Source: an uncultured Pelagibacteraceae bacterium
Lineage (GTDB): Bacteria > Pseudomonadota > Alphaproteobacteria > Pelagibacterales > Pelagibacteraceae
NCBI GenBank assembly: GCA_902595595.1
Contig: CACJQX010000003.1
Location: forward strand, 8,260-72,259
Direction of reading: 5' to 3'
Length of the DNA: 64,000 nt
Position 1 is the first letter of the stretch; each line of letters opens with the position of its first letter. This document shows, in pieces, positions 1-10,836 of this stretch. The notes beneath the pieces were generated by a model. That model was not told the DNA's origin. It ran no database searches and saw only the letters and a program-made list of their open reading frames with translations. The position numbers and the translations under genes were made by a program.

Positions 1-2
1 AT

Positions 3-650
3 TGTGACAGAGACATGGATGTCGCTTTGAGGAAGTTTGGATTTAAAAATAAAATGGTTTGGCATGCTGATGCAGAATTACCAAAAAGTGATTTAGTTGT
101 ATTACCAGGTGGATTTTCATATGGTGATTACTTGAGATGTGGAAGTATGGCATCTAAATCGAGAATAATGCAGTCTGTAATTAATTTTGCAAATTCAGGA
201 GGTATGGTTATGGGTATCTGTAATGGATTTCAAATATTGGTAGAAACTGGTTTGGTTCCAGGTGTTTTGCTTAGAAACAAATATTTAGAATTTATTTGTA
301 AAAACGTTTTTGTAAAAATTAACGATAAAAAAAATAAATATTTTAAAAATGTTGATAACGAAGTTTTAGAATTTCATATAGCTCATAATGAAGGAAATTA
401 TTTTTGTACAAATGATCAATTAAAAGAAATTGAAGATAATAATCAAATAGCTATTAACTATTGTGATGAAAATGGAAAAATAGAAGATAAATTTAATCCT
501 AATGGATCTATAAAAAATATTGCTGGTATATTTAATAAAGAAAAAAATGTTCTAGGAATGATGCCCCACCCTGAAAGAATGATTCATGCATCTTTATCTG
601 GTGAAGATGGATCATTATTTTTTAAAAACTTAATAAACAACTTAAAATGA
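3..650 (+). CDS. purQ: Phosphoribosylformylglycinamidine synthase glutaminase subunit (5' truncated by window edge)
   Basis: LPGGFSYGDYLR, GICNGFQ and GMMPHPER motifs; the frame stays open upstream of the ATG at 15 (CDRD), so the true start lies before the window. Confidence 0.96.
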   Translation, partial: CDRDMDVALRKFGFKNKMVWHADAELPKSDLVVLPGGFSYGDYLRCGSMASKSRIMQSVINFANSGGMVMGICNGFQILVETGLVPGVLLRNKYLEFICKNVFVKINDKKNKYFKNVDNEVLEFHIAHNEGNYFCTNDQLKEIEDNNQIAINYCDENGKIEDKFNPNGSIKNIAGIFNKEKNVLGMMPHPERMIHASLSGEDGSLFFKNLINNLK

Positions 651-2839
651 TTGTAAATGAACAAGTAGCGGTTGATCATGGTTTAAAGAAAGATGAATAC
701 GCTAAAATTTGTGAGCTATTAAAGAGAACTCCAAATATAACAGAACTAGGTATTTTTTCTGCAATGTGGAATGAACATTGTTCTTATAAATCATCAAGGT
801 TACATTTAAAAAAGCTACCTACTAAGGGAAAGAAAGTTATTCAAGGTCCTGGAGAAAATGCTGGTGTTATAGATATTGAGGATAATGACGCAATAGTATT
901 TAAAATAGAAAGTCACAATCACCCTTCATTTATTGAACCGTATCAAGGTGCTGCTACTGGTGTTGGAGGAATAATGAGAGATGTGTTTACGATGGGTGCA
1001 AGACCAATAGCTAACTTAAACTCTATACATTTTGGATCACCACAACATAAAAAAACAAAAAATTTATTAAGAGGTGTTGTTCACGGCATTGGTGGTTATG
1101 GAAACTGTATGGGTGTTCCTACAATTGCTGGACAAACAAGTTTTGATAGCTCCTATAACGGAAATATTTTAGTTAACGCTATGACATTAGGATTGGTCAA
1201 AAAAGATAAGATCTTTTACTCTAAAGCTGCAGGGTTAAATAAACCAGTCATTTATGTTGGATCTAAAACTGGGAGAGATGGAATACATGGTGCTAGTATG
1301 GCATCGGCCAGTTTTGATGAAAAAATTGAGGAAAAAAAACCAACAGTTCAAGTTGGAGATCCATTTACTGAAAAACTTTTACTAGAAGCTTGTTTGGAGT
1401 TAATGGCGGGAGATTCAATTATAGCCATCCAAGATATGGGTGCAGCTGGTTTAACTTCTTCAAGTATTGAAATGGCATCAAAAGGAAACCTTGGAATAGA
1501 AATTAACTTAAACAAAGTACCTTGTAGAGAAGCAAAGATGACCCCCTACGAAATTATGCTTTCCGAGAGCCAAGAAAGAATGTTGATTGTTTTAGAAAAA
1601 GGTAAAGAAGAACATGCAAAAAAAATATTTGATAAATGGAATTTAGATTTTGCAGTAATTGGAAAAACTACTAATTCAAAAAAAATAAAACTTTATTTTG
1701 ATGAAGAAAAAGTTGCAGATATTCCAGTTAATACATTGGTTGAAAACTCTCCTATGTATGATCGAAAATGGAAAAAAGCAAAGTTACCTAAAAAAAATAA
1801 AATTAAAAAAGAAGATATTAAACATTTAAAAATTGTTGATGTATTAAAAAAAATTTTAGCAAACCCAAACATATGTAGTAAAGAATGGATTTGGCAGCAA
1901 TATGATCATACTGTCATGGGGGATACTATACAGAAACCTGGTGGAGACGCAGGTGTTGTAAGAGTTCATGGAACAGATAAAGCAGTTGCAGCTTCAGTAG
2001 ACTCCTCTGCAGTTTATTGTTGGGCGCATCCTTTAACTGGTGGAAAACAAGTAGTTTGTGAAAGTTTCAGAAACCTTATTTCTGTTGGTGCTAAACCAAT
2101 TGCTATCACTAACTGTTTAAATTTTGGCAGTCCTGAAAATGAAGAAAATATGGGGGAGTTTGTTGAATGTGTTCAAGGTATAAGTGAAGCAAGTGAATAC
2201 CTGAAGTTCCCTGTCGTTTCTGGAAATGTATCTTTCTATAACCAAACAAAAGACGAAGGCATAAAACCTACACCTGCAATTGGTGGGGTTGGGTTAATAA
2301 AAAATTATAAAAATATGATCACTATGGAGTTTAAAGAAGTTGATAATTTAGTTTTGGTTATTGGAAAAACTGAGGGACATATTGATCAAAGTTTATTCGC
2401 AAGAAATATTTTAGATGAAAAAAATGGACCTCCACCTGAGGTAAATCTTTTTAATGAAAAAAATAATGGAGAAACGTTACTGAAATTGATTGATAATAAT
2501 TTAATAAAAAGTGCACACGATATTTCTTTGGGTGGCATAATTACTGCGGTAGCGAAAATGTGTATTAAAGGAAAAAAGGGAATAAGTATTAAAAAACCTA
2601 AATATTTAATTAATGAAATAGAATACTTATTTGCTGAAGATCAAGGCAGATATATTATAGAAATAAACAAAAAAGATTTTAAAAAAGTAGCTGATATATT
2701 AGATAAAAATGCAGTCCATTTTGACGAACTTGGAACAATTATTGAAAATGAACTATATATTAATGATAAGACAAAAGTTACAATTGACGAATTATTAACT
2801 TCGAATAAAAGTTGGTTAACAAATTATATGAGTAAATAA
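647..2839 (+). CDS. purL: Phosphoribosylformylglycinamidine synthase subunit PurL (small type)
   Basis: MWNEHCSYKSS, KIESHNHPS, DMGAAGL and SESQERM motifs; ATGA overlap with purQ. Confidence 0.97.
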   Translation: MIVNEQVAVDHGLKKDEYAKICELLKRTPNITELGIFSAMWNEHCSYKSSRLHLKKLPTKGKKVIQGPGENAGVIDIEDNDAIVFKIESHNHPSFIEPYQGAATGVGGIMRDVFTMGARPIANLNSIHFGSPQHKKTKNLLRGVVHGIGGYGNCMGVPTIAGQTSFDSSYNGNILVNAMTLGLVKKDKIFYSKAAGLNKPVIYVGSKTGRDGIHGASMASASFDEKIEEKKPTVQVGDPFTEKLLLEACLELMAGDSIIAIQDMGAAGLTSSSIEMASKGNLGIEINLNKVPCREAKMTPYEIMLSESQERMLIVLEKGKEEHAKKIFDKWNLDFAVIGKTTNSKKIKLYFDEEKVADIPVNTLVENSPMYDRKWKKAKLPKKNKIKKEDIKHLKIVDVLKKILANPNICSKEWIWQQYDHTVMGDTIQKPGGDAGVVRVHGTDKAVAASVDSSAVYCWAHPLTGGKQVVCESFRNLISVGAKPIAITNCLNFGSPENEENMGEFVECVQGISEASEYLKFPVVSGNVSFYNQTKDEGIKPTPAIGGVGLIKNYKNMITMEFKEVDNLVLVIGKTEGHIDQSLFARNILDEKNGPPPEVNLFNEKNNGETLLKLIDNNLIKSAHDISLGGIITAVAKMCIKGKKGISIKKPKYLINEIEYLFAEDQGRYIIEINKKDFKKVADILDKNAVHFDELGTIIENELYINDKTKVTIDELLTSNKSWLTNYMSK

Positions 2840-3069
2840 TGGCGATGGATTTAAAAGAAATTGAGAATTTTATAAAAGAAGCAATGCCAGATGCGATTGT
2901 TGAAATACAAGATTTGGCAGGTGATGGAAACCATTATTCAGCTACAGTTACCTCGTCTCAATTTTCTGGAAAAAGTAAAATTGAGCAACATAAAATGGTT
3001 TATAACTCATTAAAAGGTAGAATGGGCAATGAACTGCATGCATTAGCAATTAAAACAAAGGAGAGTTAA
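2839..3069 (+). CDS. BolA/IbaG family protein
   Basis: GDGNHY, QHKMVY and LHALAI motifs; adjacent to a monothiol glutaredoxin. Confidence 0.92.
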   Translation: MAMDLKEIENFIKEAMPDAIVEIQDLAGDGNHYSATVTSSQFSGKSKIEQHKMVYNSLKGRMGNELHALAIKTKES

Positions 3070-3070
3070 A

Positions 3071-3409
3071 ATGGATCAAGAAACAAACGATTTAATCAAA
3101 AATGAAATTGAAAACAACGAAGTATGTTTGTTTATGAAAGGCACACCTGACGCTCCACAATGTGGATTTTCAATGGCAACTTCAAATATTTTAAAAATCC
3201 TAGAAGTAAATTTTAAAGGTATAAATGTTTTAGAAAATCAAAATTTAAGAGAGGGTATTAAAGTTTTTAGTGATTGGCCAACAATCCCACAACTTTATGT
3301 TAAAAATGAATTTATAGGTGGATGTGATATTGTAAAAGAGATGTACGAAAGTGGCGAATTAGCAAAACTTTTTGAAAGTAAAAATATAAATTTTAAGACT
3401 AAAAGTTAA
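3071..3409 (+). CDS. grxD: Monothiol glutaredoxin (Grx4 family)
   Basis: FMKGTP..PQCGFS, WPTIPQLY and GGCDI motifs. Confidence 0.95.
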   Translation: MDQETNDLIKNEIENNEVCLFMKGTPDAPQCGFSMATSNILKILEVNFKGINVLENQNLREGIKVFSDWPTIPQLYVKNEFIGGCDIVKEMYESGELAKLFESKNINFKTKS

Positions 3410-4027
3410 TTATCTAGAATAATATTCAATTACTAGATTAGGCTCCATAACAATTGGATACGGAACTTCTTCAAACTTTGGAACTCTAACAAATTTTAGT
3501 TTTTTGTTTTTTTCGTCCATCTGAATATATTCTGGAGTTTCTCTTTCTTTATTTGCAAGAGCAATGTCGATTATTGCAAGTTGTTTAGATTTATCTCTTA
3601 TCTCAATTGCATCTTCTTCCTTAACTAAATAGCTTCCAATATTCACTTTTTTACCATTTACTTTTACATGGCCATGGTTGATTAATTGTCTAGCTGAAAA
3701 AATTGTTGTTGCAAATTTTGCTCGGTAAATCACAGCATCTAATCTTCTTTCAAGAAGACCAATTAAGTTTTCACCAGTATCGCCTTTAAGCATTACTGCT
3801 TTTTTGTAAATATTTCTAAATTGTCTCTCGTTAATGTTGCCATAATATGCTTTTAATTTTTGCTTTGCTTGAAGCTGTATTCCATAATCAGATGGCTTTG
3901 ATGTTTTTGTTTGACCATGTTGTCCTGGTCCATAAGCTCTAGTATTAAAAGGACTTTTAGGTCTTCCCCAAAGATTTACTTTTAATCTTCTGTCTACTTT
4001 ATGTTTAGAGTTTAATCTTTTTGTCAT
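3410..4027 (-). CDS. rpsD: 30S ribosomal protein S4
   Basis: [25 protein letters not shown] and EYYSR motifs. Confidence 0.98.
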   Translation of the reverse strand: MTKRLNSKHKVDRRLKVNLWGRPKSPFNTRAYGPGQHGQTKTSKPSDYGIQLQAKQKLKAYYGNINERQFRNIYKKAVMLKGDTGENLIGLLERRLDAVIYRAKFATTIFSARQLINHGHVKVNGKKVNIGSYLVKEEDAIEIRDKSKQLAIIDIALANKERETPEYIQMDEKNKKLKFVRVPKFEEVPYPIVMEPNLVIEYYSR

Positions 4028-4039
4028 TTGATAGTGGGC

Positions 4040-4067
4040 TTTATAAACTTACTCATCATTTTGTCAA
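4040..4067 (-). promoter_or_regulatory. Putative sigma70 promoter of rpsD
   Basis: Minus strand TTGACA-N16-TATAAA ending 12 nt before the ATG; no Shine-Dalgarno. Confidence 0.6.
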
Positions 4068-4781
4068 TCAACGTTTTTTACCTAAACTTGCAAATACCCC
4101 TGATAAAATACGTGTTTCTTTAGTTGATAATTCCATCCTATAAAAAATATTCCTTAGGTTTTCAAGCATTATTGGTTTCTTCTCTTTTGACTTAAAAAAA
4201 TTAATCTCCTCAAGATTCTGTATACAAAGGTTTGCCATAGCAACTATATCTTTTTTAGATGCTGATTTAACTTTATTTGACTTATTAAAAGAAGATGCTT
4301 TTGAATTAATTATGCTTGATAGATATTGAGCAATTATTATTAAGCTGTGAGATAGATTTAATGATTTAAAATCAGGATTAGTCGGAATTTGAAGAGTATA
4401 ATTGGCATAGCTTATTTCATTGTTTGATAAACCAGATGCTTCTGAACCAAATAAAAAGGCTACTTTCTTTTTATAATTAATTTTTTTTAAATCTTCTAAT
4501 TGGATATGTTTAATATTTTTATTTCTAAAACGTGCTGATGTTGCAATTACAATATCAATATTTTTTAATGATTTTTCTAAATTTTCAAAATTCTTTGCTT
4601 TATTTATTATATTTTTTGCTCCTACTGAAGTTGCTAAAATTTTATCATTTGGAAATATTGGCTTAGGATCAATAACAATAAGTTTATTAAAATTAAAATT
4701 TTTCATTCCCCTTGCGCATGCACCAATATTTTCTGAGAGTTGAGGTTTGTGTAAAATGAAAGAAATATTATTAACTGACAT
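4068..4781 (-). CDS. SPOUT RNA methyltransferase, TrmJ/LasT family
   Basis: PQLSENIGACARGMKNF, FGSEASGLSN and SLNLSH motifs. Confidence 0.88.
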   Translation of the reverse strand: MSVNNISFILHKPQLSENIGACARGMKNFNFNKLIVIDPKPIFPNDKILATSVGAKNIINKAKNFENLEKSLKNIDIVIATSARFRNKNIKHIQLEDLKKINYKKKVAFLFGSEASGLSNNEISYANYTLQIPTNPDFKSLNLSHSLIIIAQYLSSIINSKASSFNKSNKVKSASKKDIVAMANLCIQNLEEINFFKSKEKKPIMLENLRNIFYRMELSTKETRILSGVFASLGKKR

Positions 4782-5644
4782 TAATCTATGCCATGATTTC
4801 TATTATAATTGGAAATAGCTGATGGTTTAATATCATTTAAATATTTTGAATCTACTGTCCAAATAGAAACTTTTAATGGATAACATTTTGCAACATCAGA
4901 TGAGTGTTCAGATCCACAATCACCTCCTGGACAAGCAGAAAGAGCACCCAACAAATCTGTTTCAGCAAAAAATTCTAAATAATCACCAGGTCTAACTGGA
5001 CTTGCTTTCATAAAGTATTGCTTAGTATCATTGGTAAATCCAGTTAACATAAAAACATTTAATACATCATGAACTATTTTTTCTGCATGGTCTAATTGAA
5101 CATTTTTTTCTTTGACCAAAGCTCTAGTTAAATTTGAATGACAACAATAATGATAATCGTTATCGCTCAAAAGTTTTGATGTATATGGATCACATCTTGT
5201 ACCAATTACATCGTGAACTGATCCTCCATCTTTATCATAATCATACCAATCTAGAGTATCCCAAGTTATTGTTGCTAAAGATCTAAGATAGGGAAAACTA
5301 CTAAACATTTTATCTCCAACGGAAAGATGAGTTCCATAGAGTGCTCTTGTTTTTCCTGAGTAGAATTTTTCCTCTAAATTATTTAAATTAAATAAATTTA
5401 AATCACCTACTTGAGGTCCCTCTACACTTTCAATTCTAAAAAACTCACCAAATTTAACCTCAAACGTTTTTGCATCTCTTGGAGGTATTATAACTTCCTC
5501 TTTTTTAACCAAGTGTTCTCGAGCGGAATGTAAAATACTTAAATTTTTTTCTTCAATATTGGTATTTGGGTAACAAACTATTGGTTTTGCTCCTATTCTA
5601 TCTTTTAGATCAGATGGTTCTTGTGAAAATTTTTTAATTTTCAT
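4781..5644 (-). CDS. DUF1989 (urea carboxylase-associated family) protein
   Basis: GPQVGDLNLF, GTRCD, CCHSNL, LNVFM and SACP motifs. Confidence 0.8.
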   Translation of the reverse strand: MKIKKFSQEPSDLKDRIGAKPIVCYPNTNIEEKNLSILHSAREHLVKKEEVIIPPRDAKTFEVKFGEFFRIESVEGPQVGDLNLFNLNNLEEKFYSGKTRALYGTHLSVGDKMFSSFPYLRSLATITWDTLDWYDYDKDGGSVHDVIGTRCDPYTSKLLSDNDYHYCCHSNLTRALVKEKNVQLDHAEKIVHDVLNVFMLTGFTNDTKQYFMKASPVRPGDYLEFFAETDLLGALSACPGGDCGSEHSSDVAKCYPLKVSIWTVDSKYLNDIKPSAISNYNRNHGID

Positions 5645-5646
5645 TC

Positions 5647-7248
5647 TTACGAACTTCCAGGAGCTTTATCCTTAAATAACTTATAATCTAAACTATCAAC
5701 CAAAGCTTTGAAAGATGCATCAATGATATTTGGTGATACTCCAATAGTAAACCAGTTAACGCCCTTCGAATCTGTACTTTCAATACTAACTCTCGTCACA
5801 GCTTCTGTACCAGTGTTCAAAATTCTAACTTTGTAATCAACGAGTCTTAAATCTTTTAAATATTCTGAATATTTAGCAAGCTTGTTAACATTCTTTCTAA
5901 TTGCATTATCTAGAGCATTAACAGGTCCATTTCCTTGTCCTTCACATAAAATTTTATCCCCATCTACTTCTAATTGAGCTTTTGCATATGAAACTATTTC
6001 TCCTGCATTATCCTTTTTTACCGAAACATCATATTCATTAATAGAAATATACCTTGGTATCTCCCCCATTAATCTTCGAGCTAACAACTCAAAGGATGCG
6101 TCAGCACCATCATAACTATAACCAATAAATTCTCGATCTTTAACTTCATCTAAAAGTTTTTTAATTTTTGGATCACTTTTCTCAACTTTAATTCCTATTG
6201 AATTCAATCTCGACATTATATTAGATTGTCCTGATTGATCTGAAACTACAATATTTCTAGAGTTTCCAACTTCCTCTGGATTTATGTGCTCATAAGTTTT
6301 AGGATCTTTTTGAACTGCTGATACGTGCATTCCACCCTTATGAGAAAAAGCAGAAGCTCCTACATAAGGTAAATGTTTATTAGGTTTTCTATTTAATATC
6401 TCGTCTAATAATCTTGAGCATTGAGTTAAGTTTTTTAAATTTTCTCTTTTAATACTCAGTTCAAACTTATCTAAAAAATCTTTCTTTAAAAAAAAAGAGG
6501 GAATTAATGACATTAAATTAGCATTTCCACATCTTTCTCCTAAACCATTGATTGTACCCTGGACTTGTCTAACACCTGCTTGAACTGCTGCAAGACTATT
6601 AGCTACTGCATTTTCAGTATCATTATGAGCATGTATTCCTAAATTTTCTCCTGGAATGTGTTTGGTTACTTCATGAACAATTTTGGTTACTTCATGAGGA
6701 AGTGTGCCCCCATTTGTATCACATAATACTATCCATCTAGCACCATTATCAAAGGCCGCTTTTAAACATGCTATTGCATATTCTGGATTAGCTTTGTATC
6801 CATCAAAAAAATGTTCAGCATCAAACATGAACTCTTTACCAGATTTAACAATATGTTTTGTACTTTCACTTATATTCATTAAATTCTGCTCATTACTTAT
6901 TCCTAAAGCGACATCCACTTGAAAATCCCATGATTTTCCAAACAAGCAAACAGATGTACTTTTTGAATTAATTAAAGATGACAGCATAGGGTCATTTTCT
7001 GCGCTGTGTTCAGATTTTTTAGTCATTCCAAATGCAGTTAATTTTGTTGTTTTAAAATTATGATCCTTATTGAAAAACTCAGTATCAGTTGGATTTGCTC
7101 CTGGCCATCCACCCTCAACATAATCAACACCCAATTTATCTAATGCTGATGAGATTTTTTCCTTATCATCAATTGAAAAGTCTACACCTTGGGTTTGTGC
7201 TCCATCACGCAGTGTTGTATCAAATATATAAAGTTGTTCCTTGCTCAT
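5647..7248 (-). CDS. cimA: Citramalate synthase
   Basis: DTTLRDGAQ, EGGWPGANP, FDAEHFFDG, HAHND and GNGPVNALD motifs; follows cysS. Confidence 0.9.
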   Translation of the reverse strand: MSKEQLYIFDTTLRDGAQTQGVDFSIDDKEKISSALDKLGVDYVEGGWPGANPTDTEFFNKDHNFKTTKLTAFGMTKKSEHSAENDPMLSSLINSKSTSVCLFGKSWDFQVDVALGISNEQNLMNISESTKHIVKSGKEFMFDAEHFFDGYKANPEYAIACLKAAFDNGARWIVLCDTNGGTLPHEVTKIVHEVTKHIPGENLGIHAHNDTENAVANSLAAVQAGVRQVQGTINGLGERCGNANLMSLIPSFFLKKDFLDKFELSIKRENLKNLTQCSRLLDEILNRKPNKHLPYVGASAFSHKGGMHVSAVQKDPKTYEHINPEEVGNSRNIVVSDQSGQSNIMSRLNSIGIKVEKSDPKIKKLLDEVKDREFIGYSYDGADASFELLARRLMGEIPRYISINEYDVSVKKDNAGEIVSYAKAQLEVDGDKILCEGQGNGPVNALDNAIRKNVNKLAKYSEYLKDLRLVDYKVRILNTGTEAVTRVSIESTDSKGVNWFTIGVSPNIIDASFKALVDSLDYKLFKDKAPGSS

Positions 7249-8600
7249 TTAAATTTCCAAATCGTTTTACCATCTTTATCTTGTATTAAAACACCTTTAT
7301 CTAAAAGCTCTTTTCTAATTTTATCAGCTTCTTCGTAATTTTTGTTATCTCTAGCCTTATTTCTTTCCTGAATTTTTTGTAAAATTTCTTTTTCAGAAAT
7401 TAAAGCTTTGCTAATTTTAAATTTAAGCCAATTTTCTTTACTTTCATTTAATAGTCCTACAAATTGACAAGCAGAAACAAATAAAGATTTATCTTCATCG
7501 TTACCTTTTTGAGCTTTGTCATATAATTGATGTAAATTAGCAATATATCCAGGAGTGTTTAAGTCATCGTAAAGTGGCTGAAGAATTTCATCAGAAACTT
7601 TAGAATTATTTTCAATATCTAAATATGAATTGTACCATTTATTTATCGTGTTTTGACAGTCGTCCAGAAGTTTATCATTCCAATCTAATGGTTGTTTATA
7701 ATGCGCACTCAGTAAAGCTAATCTCAACACTTGACCACTTATCTTATTTCTAAAATCTTTTATTTTTAAAATATTTCCCTGAGACTTAGCCATCTTTTCA
7801 TTAGACATAGTGATGAATGCATTATGCATCCAAAAATTTGCAAATATTTTTGTATCATTTGCACATCTTGATTGAGCTATTTCATTTTCATGATGAGGAA
7901 AAAGCAAATCGATACCACCTCCATGAACATCAAACTCATCTCCTAAAAATTTCTTTGACATTGCTGAGCACTCGAGATGCCATCCTGGTCTTCCTTTGCT
8001 CCATGGAGACTCCCATGAAGGTTCGTCATCCTGTGAAGGTTTCCATAAAACAAAATCTTCTGAATTTTTTTTATTTTCACTGACTTCTATTCTTGATCCG
8101 GCAATAAGTTCTTCTAATTTTTTATTTGATAGTTGACCATAATCCTTGAATTTTTTAACCTCAAAATAAACATGCTTATTATTTTCATAAGCAAATCCTT
8201 TTTTTATTAATTCAGATATCATTTCAATCATCAAATCTATATTTTCAGTTGCTTTAGGTTGATGGGTTGGCTCTTCACAAATTAAGTAATTACAATCTTC
8301 ACTAAAACTTTTAGTTACTTTGTTTGTTAATTCTGAAATTGAAATATTATTTTCTTTTGAAAAATTGATAATTTTATCATCTACATCTGTAATATTTCGT
8401 ACATAAGTAACTTTAGGATAATTTCTTTTAAAAATTTTAAAAAGAATATCAAATACAACTATTGGTCTTGCGTTCCCAATATGAGGATCGTCATAAACAG
8501 TTGGACCACACACATACATTCTGATGTTATTTTTATCTAGTGGAACAAACTTCTCTTTTTTATTTGTTAGATTATTTGTTAAAAAAATATCTTTACTCAT
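7245..8600 (-). CDS. cysS: Cysteine--tRNA ligase
   Basis: CGPTVYD, HIGN, GRPGWHLECSAM and KMAKS motifs. Confidence 0.97.
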   Translation of the reverse strand: MSKDIFLTNNLTNKKEKFVPLDKNNIRMYVCGPTVYDDPHIGNARPIVVFDILFKIFKRNYPKVTYVRNITDVDDKIINFSKENNISISELTNKVTKSFSEDCNYLICEEPTHQPKATENIDLMIEMISELIKKGFAYENNKHVYFEVKKFKDYGQLSNKKLEELIAGSRIEVSENKKNSEDFVLWKPSQDDEPSWESPWSKGRPGWHLECSAMSKKFLGDEFDVHGGGIDLLFPHHENEIAQSRCANDTKIFANFWMHNAFITMSNEKMAKSQGNILKIKDFRNKISGQVLRLALLSAHYKQPLDWNDKLLDDCQNTINKWYNSYLDIENNSKVSDEILQPLYDDLNTPGYIANLHQLYDKAQKGNDEDKSLFVSACQFVGLLNESKENWLKFKISKALISEKEILQKIQERNKARDNKNYEEADKIRKELLDKGVLIQDKDGKTIWKFK

Positions 8601-8645
8601 TATTTTAGGAATATACTTAAAAAATAGATTTGTGAATCTATTTGA

Positions 8646-9383
8646 TTAATTTGGAATTTTGCATACAGGAATTGGCTCCATTTTATGCAAATTTTGTTTT
8701 CTAATAGTTTCGTATTTAGCTCGATTAGCTGAATTAGGATTATTCATAGCTTCTTCTAATTCTTCGTATTTCAATCCTAATTGACCTTCATCAGTTCTTC
8801 CATCGTCCCATAAACCATCAGTAGGGGCCGCATCTATAATTTCTTTTAAAATTCCAAGTTCTTTTCCAAGTTCCCAAACTTCAGTTTTATTGCAATCAGC
8901 TATAGGAGATATATCTACCCCACCGTCTCCATATTTTGTATAAAACCCAACACCAAAATCTTCAACTTTATTTCCTGTTCCAACTACTATTCCTTTATTC
9001 GCTGCAGCAACTTGATAAAGCGTTGTCATTCTCAATCTAGCTCTAGAATTCGCCATTCCATGTTCATTATCAAAATTTGATAAGCTGGAACTAAAAGCTA
9101 AAAATAACTCATCTAAATTAATAGTGTGTGCTTCAACATTTTTAAAATTTTTAACTAACCACTCTTGATGCTTTAAACTTAAATCATGTTGATGTGATTT
9201 CTGTTTGATTGGCATTGACAAAACAATAGTTTTTAAACCTGTCATTGCACTTAATGTACTAGAAACTGAAGAATCTATTCCTCCAGAAATTCCTATAACC
9301 AACGATTCTGCCTTGCTTGGCATGCTATTAACATAGTTTTTAATCCAATTAGATATAAAATTTACTTTTTCTGAAACATTCAT
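8646..9383 (-). CDS. nadE: NH3-dependent NAD+ synthetase
   Basis: GISGGIDSS, RARLRM and TKYGDGG motifs; no glutaminase domain. Confidence 0.95.
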   Translation of the reverse strand: MNVSEKVNFISNWIKNYVNSMPSKAESLVIGISGGIDSSVSSTLSAMTGLKTIVLSMPIKQKSHQHDLSLKHQEWLVKNFKNVEAHTINLDELFLAFSSSLSNFDNEHGMANSRARLRMTTLYQVAAANKGIVVGTGNKVEDFGVGFYTKYGDGGVDISPIADCNKTEVWELGKELGILKEIIDAAPTDGLWDDGRTDEGQLGLKYEELEEAMNNPNSANRAKYETIRKQNLHKMEPIPVCKIPN

Positions 9384-9421
9384 GGATTTAAAGTATTAGA
9401 TATTTAAAATTTTACAATGTC

Positions 9422-10807
9422 TTAAGATGCCGCTCTATCTGCATTTTTAGAATAAGAGCTATTCTTTTTAATCTCATCTGAAATCAAGAATGCTAGTTCT
9501 AAAGCTTGATTTGCATTTAGTCTTGGGTCACAATGCGTGTGATATCTTGATGATAAGTCTTTTTCCGATATCTTTTGTGCTCCACCAATACACTCTGTTA
9601 CATCTTGACCAGTTAATTCTATATGTAAACCACCAGCGTAACTTCCTTCGCTTTGGTGACATGCAAAAACATTTTTAACTTCTTTTAAAACACTGTTAAA
9701 TGGTCTTGTTTTAAATCCTGTCGCAGCCTTTACTGTATTTCCATGACAAGGATCACACGACCAAATTACATTTAGACCTTCTTTTTTTATTGCTCTAATT
9801 AATTTTGGTAAAAATTTTGAAACATTATCTGCCCCAAACCTTGATATTAGTGTGATTTTACCTTTTTCATTCTTAGGATTTATTCTATTACAAAGATCAA
9901 TTAAATCATCAGGCTTTAAGGTAGGTCCACATTTAATTCCTATTGGATTTTCTATACCTCTGCAAAACTCAACATGACCACCATCCAGTTGCCTTGTTCT
10001 ATCTCCAATCCAAACAAAGTGAGCAGATGTGTCATGATTTTCTCCTGTTGTAGAGTCTGTTCTTGTCATTGTTTCTTCAAAAGGAAGTAGTAATGCTTCA
10101 TGTGATGTCCAGAAGTTAACAGTTTTTAATCTTCTATTAAAATCTGAATTAATTCCACACGCATCCATGAAAGCTAATGCATTTGCAATATTATCTTCTA
10201 ATTCTTTAAATCTTTTTAATTCAGGTGAATTTTTGATGAAACCTAAATTCCAATTATGAACATTCTTAAGATCTGCAAAACCTCCATGACAAAATGCTCT
10301 GATTAGGTTTAAAGTTGCAGCTGATTGTGAGTATGCCTTGAATAGTCTTTTAGGATCTGGAACTCTAGCCTTTTCAGTAAATTCCATAGCATTTATGTTG
10401 TCACCTAAATAACTTGGAAGCTCTACACCATCTTTTATTTCAGTTGGTGCACTTCTAGGTTTTGAAAATTGTCCAGCAATTCTTCCAACTTTTACCACTG
10501 GTAAAGAAGCTGAGTAAGTTAAAACTAATGACATTTGCAACATTAGTTTAAAAGTGTCTCTTATATTATCTGGATTAAATTCAGCAAAACTTTCCGCACA
10601 ATCTCCACCTTGAAGCAAAAATGCTTTTCCGTCTACAACATCTGCTAACTGACTTTTAAGATGTCTTGTTTCTCCAGCAAATACTAACGGAGGAAATGTT
10701 CCTATCTTATCCAAAACTTTATCCAATTCTTTTTTGTCTGGATATTCTGGAATATGTTTTACAGGATATTTTCTCCAACTATTTTTTTTCCAAATTTTCA
10801 TATTCAA
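9422..10807 (-). CDS. Class II DAHP synthase (start may be the ATG at 10801)
   Basis: LQGGDCAESF, GRIAGQFSKPRS, WIGDRTRQ and CDPRLN motifs. Confidence 0.95.
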   Translation of the reverse strand: MNMKIWKKNSWRKYPVKHIPEYPDKKELDKVLDKIGTFPPLVFAGETRHLKSQLADVVDGKAFLLQGGDCAESFAEFNPDNIRDTFKLMLQMSLVLTYSASLPVVKVGRIAGQFSKPRSAPTEIKDGVELPSYLGDNINAMEFTEKARVPDPKRLFKAYSQSAATLNLIRAFCHGGFADLKNVHNWNLGFIKNSPELKRFKELEDNIANALAFMDACGINSDFNRRLKTVNFWTSHEALLLPFEETMTRTDSTTGENHDTSAHFVWIGDRTRQLDGGHVEFCRGIENPIGIKCGPTLKPDDLIDLCNRINPKNEKGKITLISRFGADNVSKFLPKLIRAIKKEGLNVIWSCDPCHGNTVKAATGFKTRPFNSVLKEVKNVFACHQSEGSYAGGLHIELTGQDVTECIGGAQKISEKDLSSRYHTHCDPRLNANQALELAFLISDEIKKNSSYSKNADRAAS

Positions 10808-10836
10808 CCTAGAAGTGTTTTAACAGAGTTTAAAGT

